From the human T2T-CHM13v2.0 reference genome, Homo sapiens, in the NCBI RefSeq assembly GCF_009914755.1, contig NC_060941.1: a DNA stretch of 64,000 bases; one strand, given 5' to 3'. Position 1 is the first letter of the stretch. Each line of letters opens with the position of its first letter. The notes below the pieces were generated by a model, which did not search any database, had not been told where the DNA came from, and worked only from the letters and a program-made list of their open reading frames with translations. The position numbers and the translations under genes were made by a program. Below are positions 1-13,554 of this stretch, piece after piece.

Positions 1-492
1 AATCATTAGAGAAATGCAAATCAAAACCACAGTGAGACACCATCTCACACCAGTCAGAATGACTATTATTAAAAGGTCAAAAACTAACAGAAGCTGGCAA
101 GGTTGTGGAGAAAAGGGGATGTTTATGCACTTCTGGTGGGAATTTAAACTTGTTTAGTCATTGCGGAAAGCAGTTTGGCGATTTCTCAAAGAACTTAGAA
201 TTGCCATTTGACCCAGCAGTCCCATTGCTTTCCCCATTGCTTTTTTTAAGTGGAGTTGTTGAAGGTTGGATGGTTGTAGGTGTGCTGCATTATTTCTTAG
301 CTCTCTATTCTGTTCCATTGGTATATGTGTCTGCTGTTGTAACAGTACCATGCTATTTCTGTTACTGCAGGTTTGTAGTATAGTTTGAAGTCAGCTACCA
401 AACTACCAATGACATTCTTCACAGAATTAGGATAAACTATTTTAAAATTTATATCAAACCCCAAAACAGCTGGAATAGCTAAGGCAATTCTA
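1..492. mobile_element. L1 ORF2 fragments in +/-/+ orientation
   Basis: 1-229 sense (gaaatgcaaatcaaaaccac...), 230-395 antisense, 396-492 sense. Confidence 0.75.
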
Positions 493-494
493 GC

Positions 495-697
495 TTACTT
501 TTATAAGAATATAGTGTATAATACATAGAATATACAGCATATATATTAATCAACTTTGTTATGGGTAAGGTTTCTGGTCAACAGTAGTTAATCAGGTCAG
601 TCAGCAGTTACATTACAGGGAAGTCAAAATTTAGGCAAATTTTCGGCTGTGTGGGGTTCAGCCCCTCTAACTTCCACATTGTTCAAAGGTCAAGAGT
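495..697 (+). mobile_element. Tigger2/MER8-like DNA transposon end fragment
   Basis: ggtaaggtttctggtcaacagtag...ttgttcaaaggtcaa terminal motif. Confidence 0.6.
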
Positions 698-699
698 AC

Positions 700-2518
700 T
701 GAAAGGGAAAAAAAACCTAAAATGAGCCATGTGTGATTCAACTGGAATTAGAATCACCAGGAAGAACTCATGGTTTTCAGTATATTCTAATATAGAAATA
801 TCGATGAATATAAGCATGTATGTTTGTATATTTATCCATCTAGCTGTATTTTTCTGCTCTGTTCACTGAGGAAGCCTATGAGCAATGACAACTACAACAG
901 CCATACGTATCTACCACAATTACTGCCCAGATATTGGTTTCTAATTACTGTCCCCTAAAGAAAGTCAGGGCTTCTGGAAAAAAATGAAAATGGCTGATTC
1001 AAGGGCTGGGGCAGAGAAAATACAAAGTATGGTTGAAACAGCTTATGCCAGAAAGTAAGGAAGTATTCAAAGAACAATAAGGACAGTTCAAAAAGACATG
1101 AACTCAGCTTGAAATGGCTACCACTGGTCAAAGCGGAGGGAACCTGAACAGCAAAACAATAAATTTTCCCTTCTCCCCTATTTGTTGGTTGGTTTTGTTT
1201 TGTTTTACTTATCCACGTAGAAGGAATGAAAGATGAAGACAATCATGATTTGGCAACCACCATAATAATAATTGACCCAACAAAAATAATCAATAAAATG
1301 CTAAATCTAGTGGGTGAGATGTTTAGAGTAACCAGATATTTACAGAGCCTCAAACTATGTTCACATAAGACATTGGTGAAAAACAAATGGTAGATAGTCA
1401 CTTTATCATGGACAGACCTGGCAGATTCTCAACCAAAGTCAACACTGGCCAGTAATGGAGCCAAGTAACAGCATATGCCTCCAGATATGCTGCATTGGGA
1501 AGAACTCAGCCTCACTTGTGTGACCTTCCTGCCAGAATGGTATAACCTGAACTGAATCATGAAGAAACATCCTATGAACCCAAACTGAGAGAAAATCCAC
1601 AAAAAACTGACCCATACTCTTCAAACACATAAATGCCATGAAAATCAAGGAAAGACTCAGGAATCATCCTGGACTAAAAGAGACTAAAAAGACAGAATAA
1701 TTTGACACAGATCGACCTCCTCCAAAGGTCAGCAACCTCAAACATCAAAGGTACATAGGCCCACAGAGATGAGGAAGAATCAACGTAAAAATGCTGAAAC
1801 CTCTCAACATCATGGATTATGAAAGTCAACATCATGGATTGTAAAATCACCCATCTTAAATTATTTGGCTATAAAAAATATTATTGAGACAACTGAAAAA
1901 AGTAAAATAAGGTTTATGGATGAGATAGTAACAGTAAACCATTTTTAATTTCCTGATTTTGATAGTTATACTATAATTATGCAAGATAATGCCTTGTTTT
2001 TAGGAGACACACATAAAATTATTTAGAAATAAAGAGGCATCATACCTGCAACTTATAAACCATTCAGAAAAAGTCTATATTATGCACCTACATTTATATT
2101 TACCTAGAAAGAGAAGAGGAAAAGGGGGAGAAAGGATAAAGCAAATACAGTAAAATGTTCACATTTGGGGAATATTATCCAAGAATGTTTTGTAGTTTTC
2201 TTACTATTTTTCTATAAGTCTAAAATTGTCAAAATAAAACATTTCTAAAAAGAAAAAAATTGTTAAAACAATTGTCAAATTATAACCTATTAAATGAAAT
2301 AAACCACAAGTAAATATCAAATCAAGTAAATGAATAAATTGAGTTTGATGAAGAACAGAGATATCTACATAGTCTCGAATTACCTCCCCACAAAATATTA
2401 ATACTAATTAATTACAAGGTGAAAAAGTAACATTACAGAGGAGAAAGCTAGCAGACAACACTGTTTGTGATCAATGCCAACATCACCAGTAAAAGGGCAA
2501 ATCAAAATTGTAGGTCAC
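700..2518 (+). mobile_element. Old L1M (L1MC-like) 3' UTR, left part
   Basis: Diverged mammalian L1 3' UTR motifs; continues at 11849 after an inserted L1PA. Confidence 0.5.
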
Positions 2519-5225
2519 TCATGTTCTATGGGGCTAACAGAGCTCTAATTTCTTCCCGGGATGGAGTGCCTGAGGGGTGGGGCAGGCTGCCACCTAGGCC
2601 TTTCAAGCTTCTCAGCCAGTTCAGCCTGTGGGCCTTTGGACAGCCCAAACTGAATGGGAACTGAAGGGATCCCCAACACAGCACAGCTGGTCTACCAAAA
2701 AGTAGCCAGAATCATTCTTTAAGCAGGTCCCTTATCCCATTTCTCCTGACTGGAGGAGACCTCCCAACTGGGGTCTCCAGCCACCTCCTACAGGCACTTT
2801 CGAGCCAGCAATAGGTCAGTACCCTGCTGGGCTGGAGCTTCCAGAGGAAGTGGCAGGCAGCCATCTTTGCTGTTTCACAGACTTCACTGATGATACCTCC
2901 AGCTATGGGAAAAACTGAGGCAACTAGGGTATAGTGCGAACCCCCAGCAAACTGCAGCAGCCCTGCAGAAGAGTGGCCAGACTGTTAAAAGAAAAACAAG
3001 CAGGAAAAAACAACAATAACAATTTAAAAAGCCACAAAAACCCCATCCTCAAGGTCAAAGTTTAAGATAGACCCACAGAGATGAGAAATAACACCAAAAT
3101 CCTGAGGACTCGAAAAGCCAGAGTATCCCTGCAACACCTCTCCAGCAAGGGCTCAGAACTGGGTTGAGCCTGAGATGGCTGAAATGACAGAGTAGGCTTC
3201 AGAATGTGAATAACAGTGAACTTCAATGACCTAAAGGAGCATCTTGTAACCCAATGCAAAGAAACTAAGAATCATGACAAAACAATACAGGAGCAGACAG
3301 CCAAAATAGCCGGTCTAGAGAAAAACATAACTCACCTGTTAGAGCTGAGTGAACTTCACAATGAAATCACAATTATTAACAGCAGAATAGGCCAAGAAAA
3401 GAATCTCAGAGCTTGAAGATGATCTTTCTGAAATAAGACAGGCAGACAAGAATAGAGATAAAAGAATGAAAAGGAATGAACGATACCATCAAAAAATATG
3501 GGATTACATAAAGAGAACGAATCTATGATGGATTGGGGTACCTGAAAAAGACAAGGAGAATGGAACCAAGTTGGAAAACATACTTCAGCACAGGATCCAA
3601 GAGAACTAACTTCCCCAGGTTAGTTCTAGCAAGACAGGCCAACACTCAAATTCAAGAAATCCAGAGAACTCCAGTGAGATACTCCACGAGGAGATCATCC
3701 CTGAGACACATAATCATCAGATTCTCCAAACTCTAAATGAAAGAAAAAATGTTAAGGGCAGTCAGACAGAAAGGCCAGGTCACCTACAAAGGGAACCCCA
3801 TCAGATGAACAGCCGACCTCTCAGTGGAAACCCTACAAGTCAGAAGATACTGGGAACCAATATTCAACATTCTTAAAGAAAATAATTTCCAACCCAGAAT
3901 TTCACATCTGGCCAAACCAAGCTTCATAAGCAAAGGATAAATAAGATGCTTTTCAGACAAGCAAATGCTGAGGGAACTTGTTACTACCAGACCTGTCTTG
4001 CAAGAGCTCCTGAAGGAAGCAGTAAATATGAAAAGGAAAAACCATTACCAGGCACCAGAAAAACACACTAAAGTACAAAGAACAGTGACACTGTGAAGCA
4101 ACCACATAAACAAGTTAGCAAAATAACTAGCTAGCATCATGATGATGAGATCAAATCCACATATAATACTACTAACCTTAAATCTCAATGTGTTTTCCAA
4201 TGAAAGACACAGAATGGCAAGCTAGATAAAGAACCAAGACCCATCAGTATGCTGTATTCAAGAGACCCATCTCACACACAAAGAAACACATAGGCTAAAA
4301 ATAAAGGGATGGAGGAAAATTTACCAAGCAAACAGAAAGCAGAAAAAAACAGAGCTTGCAATCCTAGTTCCTAACAAAACAGACTTTAAATTAACAAAGA
4401 TCAAAAAAGACAAAGAAGAGCACTACCTGTTGGTAAAGGGTTCAATTCAACCAGAAGAGCTAACTATCCTAAATATATATGCACCCTATACAAGAGCACC
4501 CAGGTTCATAAAGCAAGTTATTGGAGACCTTCAAAGAGACTTAGACTCCCACACAATAATAGTGGGAGACTTTAACACCACAATGACAATATTAGACACA
4601 TCATGGAGACAGAAAATTAACAAAGATATTCAGGACCTGAACTCAGCTGTGGATCAAGTAGACATGATAGATATCTACAGAACTCTCCAACAAAAAACAA
4701 GCGAATATACATTCTTCTCATAGCCACATGACACTTACCCTAAAACTAATCATAAATTAGGAAGAAAAACACTCCTCAGCAAATGAAAAATAACTGAAAT
4801 CATAACAAAGAGTCTCTCAGACCACAGCAAAATCAAATTAGAACTCAAGATTAAGAAATTCACTTAAAACCACACAACTATATGGAAATTGAACAATCTG
4901 CTCCTGAATGACTTTGGGGTAAATAACAAAATTATGGCAGAGATCAAGAAGTGTTTTAAAACTAATTAGAACAAAGAGACAACATAACAGAATCTCCAGG
5001 ACTCAGCTAAAGCAGTGTTAAGAGGAAAATTTATAGCACTAAATGCCCACATCAAAAAGAGAGAAAGATCTCAAGTTAACAACCTAATATTACAACTAAA
5101 AGGACTAGAGAACCAAGAGGAAACAAACTCCCAAGCTAGCAGAAGACAAGAAATAACCAAGATCAGAGCTGAACTGAAATAGAGACACAAAAAAACCTTC
5201 AAAAAAATCAATGAATCCAGGAGGT
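2519..5225 (+). mobile_element. L1PA (about L1PA11-13) 5' part: partial 5' UTR, ORF1 and the ORF2 endonuclease region, all disrupted
   Basis: ORF1-like peptides at 3216-3736; EN peptide ILNIYAP...IIVGDFNT at 4430-4723; TSD AATTG(T/C)AGGTCAC at 2506-2518 / 11836-11848. Confidence 0.85.
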
Positions 5226-5509
5226 TTTTTTAAATTTACTTTTTATTTCAATAGGTTTTTAAGGAACAGGTGGTGTTTGGTTATATAAATAAGTTCTTTA
5301 GTGGTGATTTTTGAGATTTGGGTGCATCCCTCACCCGAGCAGTGTACACTGTACTCAGTGTGTAGTCTTTTATTTCTCACTCCCTTCCCACTGTTTCCCC
5401 TGAGTCCCCAAAGTCCACTGTATCATTCTTATGCCTTTACATTCTCATAGCTTAGCTCCCACATATGAGAACATATGATGTTTGGTTTTCCATTCTTGAG
5501 CTACTTCAC

Positions 5510-5583
5510 TTAGAAGAATGGTCTCCAATTCCATCCAGGTTGCTGCAATTAGAAGAATGGTCTCCAATTCCATCCAGTTTGCT
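5510..5583. repeat. 39-bp tandem duplication within L1PB
   Basis: ttagaagaatggtctccaattccatccag occurs twice in tandem. Confidence 0.85.
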
Positions 5584-7768
5584 CCTTTTTATGGCTGAGT
5601 AGTATTCCATGGGGTGTGTGTGTACATATCACATTTTCTTTATCCACTCATTGATTGATGGGCATTTGGGCTGGTTCCATATTTTCACAATTATGAATTT
5701 TGCTGCTATAAACGTGTGTACAAGTATCTTTTTTGTATAATGACTTCTTTTCCTCTGGGTAGATACTGAGGAATGGGGTTGTTGGATCAAATGGTAGATC
5801 TACTTTTAGTTCTTTAAGCAATCTCCACACCATTTTCCATAGTGGTTGTACTAGTTTACATTAGCATCAACACTATAAAAGTGTTCCCTTTCCACCACAT
5901 CCATGCCGACATCTATTATTTTTTAATTTTTTTAATATTGCCATTCTTACAGGAATGAGGTTATACCGCGTTGTGGTTTTGATTTGCATTTCCCTGATCA
6001 TTAGTGATGTTGAGCATTTTTCCATATGCTTGTTGGCCATTTGTATATTTTCTTTTGAGAATTGTCTATTCGTGTCCTTAGCCCACTTTTTTATGGGATT
6101 GGTTTTTTTCTTACTGATTTGAGTTCTTTGTAGATTCTGAATATTAGTCCTTTGTTGGATGTGTAGGTTGTGAAGATTTTCTCCCACTCTGTGTGTTGTC
6201 TGTTAACTCTGCTGATTATTTCTTTTGCTGTGCAAAAGCTTTTTAGTTTAGTTAAGTCCCATCTATTTATCTTTTGTTTTTGTTGCATTTGTTTTGAGCT
6301 TCTTGGTCATGAAGTCTTTGCCTAAGCCAATGTCTAGAAGGGTTTTTCCAATGTTATCTTCTAGAATTTTTAAGGCTTCAGGTCTTAAGTTCTTGATCCA
6401 TCTTGAGTTGATTTTTGTATAAGGTGAGAGATAAGGATCCAGTTTCATTCTCCTAAATGTGGCTAGCCAATTACCCCAGCACTATTTGTTGAATAGGGTG
6501 TCCTTTCCTCACTTTGTTGAAGATCAGCTGGCTGTAAGTATTTGGCTTTAATTCTGGGTTCTCTATTCTGTTCCATTGGTCTATGTGCCTATTTTTATAC
6601 CAGTATCATGCTGTTTTAGTGACTATGGTGTTACAGAATAGTTTGAAGTTAGGTAATGTGATGTCACCAGATTTGTTCTTTTTGGTTAGTCTTCCTTTGG
6701 CTATGTAGGCTCTTTTTTGGTTCCATATGAATTTTGGGATTATTTTTCATCATTTTGTAAAGAATGATGGTGGTATTTTGATGGGAATTGGATTAAATTT
6801 GTAGATTGCTTTTGGCAGTATGGTCATTTTCACAATATTGATTCTACCCATCCATGAGCATGGGATGTGCTGCCATTTGTTTGTGTCATCTGTGATTTCT
6901 TTCAGTAGTGTTTTGTAGTTTTCCACGCAGAGATCTTTCACCTCCTTGGTTAGGAATATTCCTAAGTATTTTATTATTATTATTTGTAGCTATTGTAAAA
7001 AGGGTTGAGTTATTGATTTGATTCTTGGCTTGGTCGCTGAAGGTGTATAGCACAGCTACGGATTTGTGCACACTTGTGTGTAACTCTGTATCCTGAAACT
7101 TTGCTGAATGCATTTACCAGTTCTAGAAGCTTTTTGGATGAGTCTTTAGGGTTTTCTAGGTATACAATCATATCATTGGGAAACAGCAATAGGCAGACTT
7201 CTTCTTTACCACTTTGGATGCCCTTGATTTCTTTCTCTTGTCTGATTGCTCTGGCTAGAACTTCCAGTACCATGTTGAATAGAAGTGGAGAAAGCGGGCA
7301 ATCTTGTCTTCTTCCAGTTTTCAGGAGGAATGCTTTCAACTTTTCCCTGTTCAGTATAATGCTGGCTGTGGGTTTGTCATAGATGGCTTTTATTACCTTA
7401 ATGTATGTCCCTTCTATGCTGATTTTGCTGAGGGTCTTAATAAAATAAGGATGCTGGATTTTCTCAAGTGGTTTTTCTGCATCTATTGAGATGATCATGT
7501 GACTTTTGTTTTTTAATTCTGTTTATGTAGTGTATCGCATTTATTGACCTGCAGATGTTAAACCATCCCTGCATCCCTGGTATGAAACCCACTTGATCAT
7601 GATGGATTATCTTTTTGATATGTTGTTAGATTCAGCTAGCTAGTATTTTTTTGAGGATTACTGCATCTCTGTTCATCAGGGATGTTGGTCTGTAGCTTTC
7701 TTTTCTCATTATGTCCTTCCTTGCTTTTGGTATTAGGGTGTCTATTAGTCTGTTTCAGTATTAGGGTG

Positions 7769-8135
7769 TGTATTAGTCCATTTTCACACTGCTGATAAAG
7801 ACATACCTGAGACTGGGCAATTTACAAAAGAAAGAGGTTTATTTGACTTACAGTTCCACATATTTGGGGAGGCCTCAAAGTCATGGTGGAGTCAAGGAAG
7901 AGCAAGTCACATCCTACGTGGATGGCAGCAGGCAAAAAGAAAGAGCTTGTGTAGAGAAAGTCCTGTTTTTAAAACCATCAGATCTTGTGACACTCACTCA
8001 CTGTCATGAGAACAGCATGGAAAAGACCCGCCCTCATGATTCAATCATCTCCTACTGGGTCCTTCTCACAACATGTGGGAATTATGGGAGCTAAAAGATG
8101 AGATTTGGGTGGGGACACAGAGCCAAACCATATCA
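7769..8135 (-). mobile_element. THE1 (MaLR) solo LTR
   Basis: tgtattagtccattttcacactgctgataaagacatacc...gagccaaaccatatca; 5-bp TSD gggtg/tggtg. Confidence 0.92.
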
Positions 8136-9702
8136 TGGTGATTTTGGTTTCATCAAATGATTTAGGGAAGATTTCTCTTTCTCTATCCTGTGAAATAGTG
8201 TTAATAGGATGGGTACCAATTCTTTGAATGTCTGATAGAATTCAGGTGTGAATCCATCTGGTCCTGGACTTTTTTGTTGTTGGCAATTTTTAAATTACCA
8301 TTTTCAATCTTGCTGCTTCTGATTGGTCTGTTCAGAGTTTCTATATCTTCCTAATTTAATCCAGGAGGGTAGTATATTTCCAGGAATTTATCGATCTCCT
8401 GTAGGTTTTCTAGTTTATGGATGTGAAGATGTTCATAGTAGTCTTGAATAATCTTTTGTATTTCTGTGGTGGTATCAGCGGTAATATCTCCCATTTCATT
8501 TCTAATAGAGCTTATTTGGATCTTCTCTCTTCTTTTCTTGATTAATCTTGCTAATGCTTATCAATTTTATTTATCTTTTCAAAGAACCAGCTTTTTGTTT
8601 CATTTATCTGTTGTATTTTTTTGTTTCAATTTCATTTAGTTTTGTTCTGATTTTGTTATTTCTTTTCTTCTGCTGGGTTTGGATTTGGACTGTTCTAGTT
8701 TCTCCAATTCTGTGAGGTGTGACCTTAGATTGTTTATTTGTGCTCTTTCAGACTTTTTGATATAGGCATTTAATGCTATGAATTTTCTTCTTACCTCCAC
8801 TTTTGCTGTATCCCAGAGTTTTTGATAGGCTGTGTCACTATTATCGTTCAGTTCAAAGAATTTTTAAATTTCCCTCTTGATATCATTGTTGACCCAACAA
8901 TCATTCAGGAGTAGGTTATTTAATTACCATGTATTTGCATGCTTTTGAGTGTTCCTTTCGGAATTAATTTCCAATTTTATTCCACTGTGGTCTGAGAGAG
9001 TACTTGATATAATTCTGATTTTCTTAAATTTACTGAGACTTGTTTTGTGCCCTATCATATGGTCTATTTTGGAGAATGTCCCGTGTTCTGATGTATACAA
9101 TGTATATTCTATGCTTGTTGGGTAGAATGTTCTGTAAGTATCTGTTAAGTCCATTTGTTCTAGGGTATAGTTTAAGTCCATTGTTTCTTTGTTGACTTTC
9201 TGTCTTGGTGATCTGCCTAGTGCTGCCAGCGGAGTATTAACATCCCCCACTATTATTGTGTTGCCAACTACCTCATTTCTTATGTCTAGTAGTAATTGTT
9301 TTATAAATTTGGGATCTCCAGTATTAGGTGCATATATATTTAGGACTGTGATATTTTCCTGTTGAACTAGTCCTTTTATCATTATATAATGTCCCTCTTT
9401 GTCTTTTTAAAACTGCTGTTGTCTTAAAGTCCGTTTTGTCTGATATAAGAACAGCTACTCCTGCTCGCTTTTGATGTGTCCATTTAGACGAAGTGTCTTT
9501 TTCCAACCCTTTGCCTTAAGTTTATGTGAGTCCGTATGTGTTAGGTGAGTCTCCTGAAGACAGCAGCAACTTGGTTGGTGAATTCTTACCCATTCTGCCA
9601 TTCTATATCTTTTAAGTGGAGCATTTAGGCCATTTACGTTCAACATTAGCATTGAGATGTGAGGTACTATTCTATTCGTAGCGCTATTTGTTGCCTGAGT
9701 AC

Positions 9703-11835
9703 CTGAAAACCTGGAAGCGTTCCCTTGAAAACTGACACAAGACAAAGATGCCCTCTCTCACCACTCCTATTCAACACAGTATTAGAAATTCTCACCAAGG
9801 CAATCAGGCAAGAGAAAGAAAGAAAAGCTATTCAAATAGGAAGACAGGAAGTCAAACTATCTTTGTTTGCAGATGATATGATCCTATATCTAGAAAACTC
9901 CATCATCTCAGCTCAAAAACCTCTTAGCTGATAAGCAACTTCAACAAAGTCTCAGGATACAAAATCAATGTGCAAAAGTCACTAGCATTCCTATACACCA
10001 ACAACAGGCAAGCCGAGAGAAAAATCATGAATTAACTCCCATTCACAATTGCCACAAGAAGAGTATAATACCTAGGAATACAGCTAACAAGAAAAGTGAA
10101 GGACCTTTTCAAGGATAACTATAAACCATTATTCAAAGAAATCAGAGATGACACAAACAAATGGAAAAACATATGCTCACAGACAGGAAGGATCAATATC
10201 GTGAAAATGACCACACTGCCCAAAGCAATCTGTAAATTAAATGCTAGGCCCATTAAACTACTATTGACCTTCTTTACAGACCTAGAAAAAGCTATTTTAA
10301 AATTCATATGGAACCAAAACAGAGCCCAAATAGCCAAGACAATCCTAAGCAAGAAGAGCAAAGCTAGAGGCATCATGCTACCCAGCTTCAAAATATACTA
10401 CAAGACTACAGTAACCAAAACAGCATGGTGCTGGTACAAGAACCGACACATAGACCAATGGAACAGAATAGAGAACCCAGAAATAAGACCACACACCTAC
10501 AACCATGTGATCTTTGACAAACCTGACAAAAGGAAGCAATGGGGAAAAGATTCCCTATTTAATAAATGGTGCTGGGAGAACTGGCTAGCCATATGCAGCA
10601 AATTGAAACTGGACCCCTTCCTTAACCCATATACAAAAGTTAACTCAAGATGGATTAAAGACTTAAATCTACAACCCAAAACTATAAAAATCCTGAAAGA
10701 AAACCTAGGCAATGCCATTCAGGACACAGGCAAGGGCAAAGATTTCATGACGAAGATGCCAAAAGCAATTGCAACAAAAGCCAAAATTGACAAATGGGAT
10801 CTAATTAAACTAAAGAGCTTCTGCACAGCATTAAGAACCTATCAACAGAGTAAACCGACAACCTACAGAATGGGAGAAAATTTTTGCACTCTATCCATCT
10901 GACAAAGGTCTAATATCCAGCATCTACAAGGAACTTAAACAAATTTACAAGAAAAAAAAAACTCAACCCCATTAGAAAGTGGTCAAAGGACACAAACAGA
11001 CACTTTTCAAAAGAAGGCATACATGCAGCCAACAAACAAAAAAACCTCAACATCACTGATCATCTGAGAAATGCAAATCAAAACCACAACAAGACACCAT
11101 CTCACAACAGTCAGAATGGCTATAATTCAAAAAACTGAAAAGATGCTGGCAAGATTATGGAGAAACAGGAATGCTTTTACACCGTTGATAGGAGTGTAAA
11201 TTAGTTCAACCAGTGTGGAAGGCAGTGTGGTGATTCCTCAAAGATCTAGAACCTGAAATACCATTTAACCCAGCAATCCCATTACTTGGTGTATACCCAA
11301 AGGAATATAACTAATTCTAGTATAAAGATACACACACACGTATGTTCATTGCAGCACTATTCACAACAGCAAAGACAAAGAATCAACCTAAAAGCCCATC
11401 AATGATAAACTGGATAAAGAAAATGTGGTACATATACACCATGGAATACTATGCAGCCATGAAAAGGAATGAGACATGTCCTTTGCAGGGACATGGGTGG
11501 AGCTGCAGAACATTATCCTCAGCAAACCAACACAGAAATAGAAAATGAAATACTGCATGCTCTCACTTACAAGTGGGAGCTGAATAATGACAACACATGG
11601 ACACATGGCGGGGAACAACACACACAGGGGCATGTGGGATGGTGGCGGGTGAGAGAAGGGAGAGCATCGTGAAGAACAGCTAATGGATGCTGGGCTACTA
11701 TTAATACCTAGGTGATGGGATGATCTGTGCAGCAAACCACCATGGCACATATTTACCTATGTAACAAACCTGGACATCCTGCACATCCTGCACATGTACC
11801 CCTGAACTTAAAAGATGAAAATAAAAAATAATAAT
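9703..11835 (+). mobile_element. L1PA 3' part (RT/C-terminal ORF2, 3' UTR, A tail)
   Basis: [12 protein letters not shown] motif in ORF 9725..9931; 268-aa ORF2 fragment 10096..10902; L1PA 3' UTR. Confidence 0.9.
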
Positions 11836-11848
11836 AATTGCAGGTCAC

Positions 11849-12375
11849 CTGATAGAATGCAGTGAGAAGATCATGGGATAACTTCTGTGATACTCTTGCC
11901 AAAAAAAAAATTATCATCTAAATCTTATCATAAAAAAAGTTCAGAGAAATCCAATGGAGGGACATTCTGTATTATTGGACTTTACTCTTCAAAAGATTTA
12001 AGGTCATAAAGGTCAAAGAAAAACTGAGGAACTGTTCCAGACTGAAAGAGTCATGACAACTAAATGAAATTCATGGACCTGAATGGGATCCTTCTGCTAC
12101 AAAGAACATTATAGACAATTAAGAAAACTTGAAAAGAAACTGAGAATTAAATGATCAAGTGTATTGATGTTAACTTTCTGATTATGAAGTAGTTATATAA
12201 AATGTCCTGACTTGTGGGAATACCCACATACCAGATGTGATGGCATAATGTCAGCAATTTACTCTCAAATGGCCCACAGGGGGGAAGCTGTTTTTCCTAA
12301 AATGTGGAAATTTTCTCCAATTTTAAGACTGTTTCCCAAAAGTTAATCTAATAAAGAAATGAAACAATAAATAAA
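11849..12375 (+). mobile_element. Old L1M (L1MC-like) 3' UTR, right part
   Basis: Continues the element interrupted at 2518. Confidence 0.5.
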
Positions 12376-12880
12376 AAAGCAAAAAGCCTTAGGCAAACCT
12401 TATTTTTCCACAAGGAAAGATCTAAATAAATCAGTGCTTAAAATTAAAATTATCTAAGTTTGATTGCACTATAACAATCGTAATACATCCAAACATTGAC
12501 AATGACCACAGTACCAGTATACCAAAATGATGTCTATCTAAACTTAAATCTATCACTATGTATAAAGATAAAATTATAAAATACAAACAAGCCATCAATT
12601 GGCTCCACTAAATTACTAATGGCAACTTGATTATTTGGCTGTTTAAACAGCAAACATTTGGGCAGTTCGAGTATGTAAAACTCAGTAATACTGGTTTTCA
12701 TTTGCAAAATCCACTTAAAAGTTAGCTGAAGAGGCCAAGAAACATTATTTAAAATACTACATAAATTTTCATCAGACATGTATAATATAGAATATTTCCC
12801 TTTAGTAAAAATGTTCACATCATATATTTAATGGGAAACAAAATATCATGTGAATAGCCCAAATAAAATTGCCTTATCTT

Positions 12881-13017
12881 TCAGAGTATGTATTTTCTTC
12901 TTAAAATCTGTGCATACTCTTTTGTTACTTCCAAAACTGGATCTTGATTCAGATTTTCCTTGTGTGTAAATCCTAGAGGAGAAGCTATATAGGATCCAGG
13001 TTCATATTTAGTAGCAG
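12881..13017 (-). pseudogene. CCDC144B: CCDC144 terminal exon, coding part (LLLNMNLDPI* ending 12985, or AATKYEPGSYIASPLG...RRKYIL* ending 12881); the 3' UTR continues to lower coordinates
   Basis: Acceptor T10-cag|CTG; both frames translated by hand. Confidence 0.8.
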
Positions 13018-13044
13018 CTGAAAAAAAAAAGCAAGAATTATATT

Positions 13045-13360
13045 ATTATTATTATTATTATTGTTATTGTTATTATTTTAAGATAGGGTCTCACTCTTTC
13101 ACCTATGCTGGAGTGCCGTGGTGTGATCACAGGTCACTGCAGTCTCGTCCTCCCAGGCTTAAGCAATTCTCCTGCCTCAGCCCCAAGTACTTGGAACTGC
13201 AGGCATGAGCCACTGTGCCTGGCAAGCTTTTGTATTTTTTATAGGGGCAGGGTTTCGTCATGTTGGCACAGGCTGCTCTCAAACTCCTGGGCTCCAGTGA
13301 TCTGCCTGTCTCAGGCTCCCAAAGTGCTGGGACTACAAACGTGAGCCAACATGCCTGGCC
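13045..13360 (-). mobile_element. AluJ with (TTA)n-type tail
   Basis: Diverged Alu; TSD aagaattatatt. Confidence 0.85.
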
Positions 13361-13554
13361 AAAGAATTATATTCTACATATTTCATAGTTAACTAAGTGC
13401 AAATCAGTAAAAAAGAGTTGAGAGCTTTTTCAGTGTTAACAAGAATGAAACGTATGTATGACTACAATGCTAACTTATTATTAGATAAGAATCTGCCCAT
13501 AGTTGCACACTAAATTAATGATCACTGTGGTTGTGTATCACAGCTTCTGGTTTT

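Larger units (their letters stand above)
5226..9702 (-). mobile_element. L1PB1-like element (ORF2 and 3' UTR, 5'-truncated), antisense inside the L1PA
   Basis: Minus-strand ORF2 fragments from 5648 to about 9700; L1PB-type 3' UTR with T-rich tail at 5226-5250. Confidence 0.85.

Noticed and set aside
10096-10902. 268-aa ORF, and other ORF1/ORF2-like ORFs, as a functional gene
   Set aside because: These are fragments of decayed L1 ORFs flanked by stops, frameshifts and a large deletion; there is no intact L1 in the window.
12376-12880. Poly(A) site of the CCDC144 transcript
   Set aside because: I could not identify a clear minus-strand AATAAA, so the 3' end is not called.
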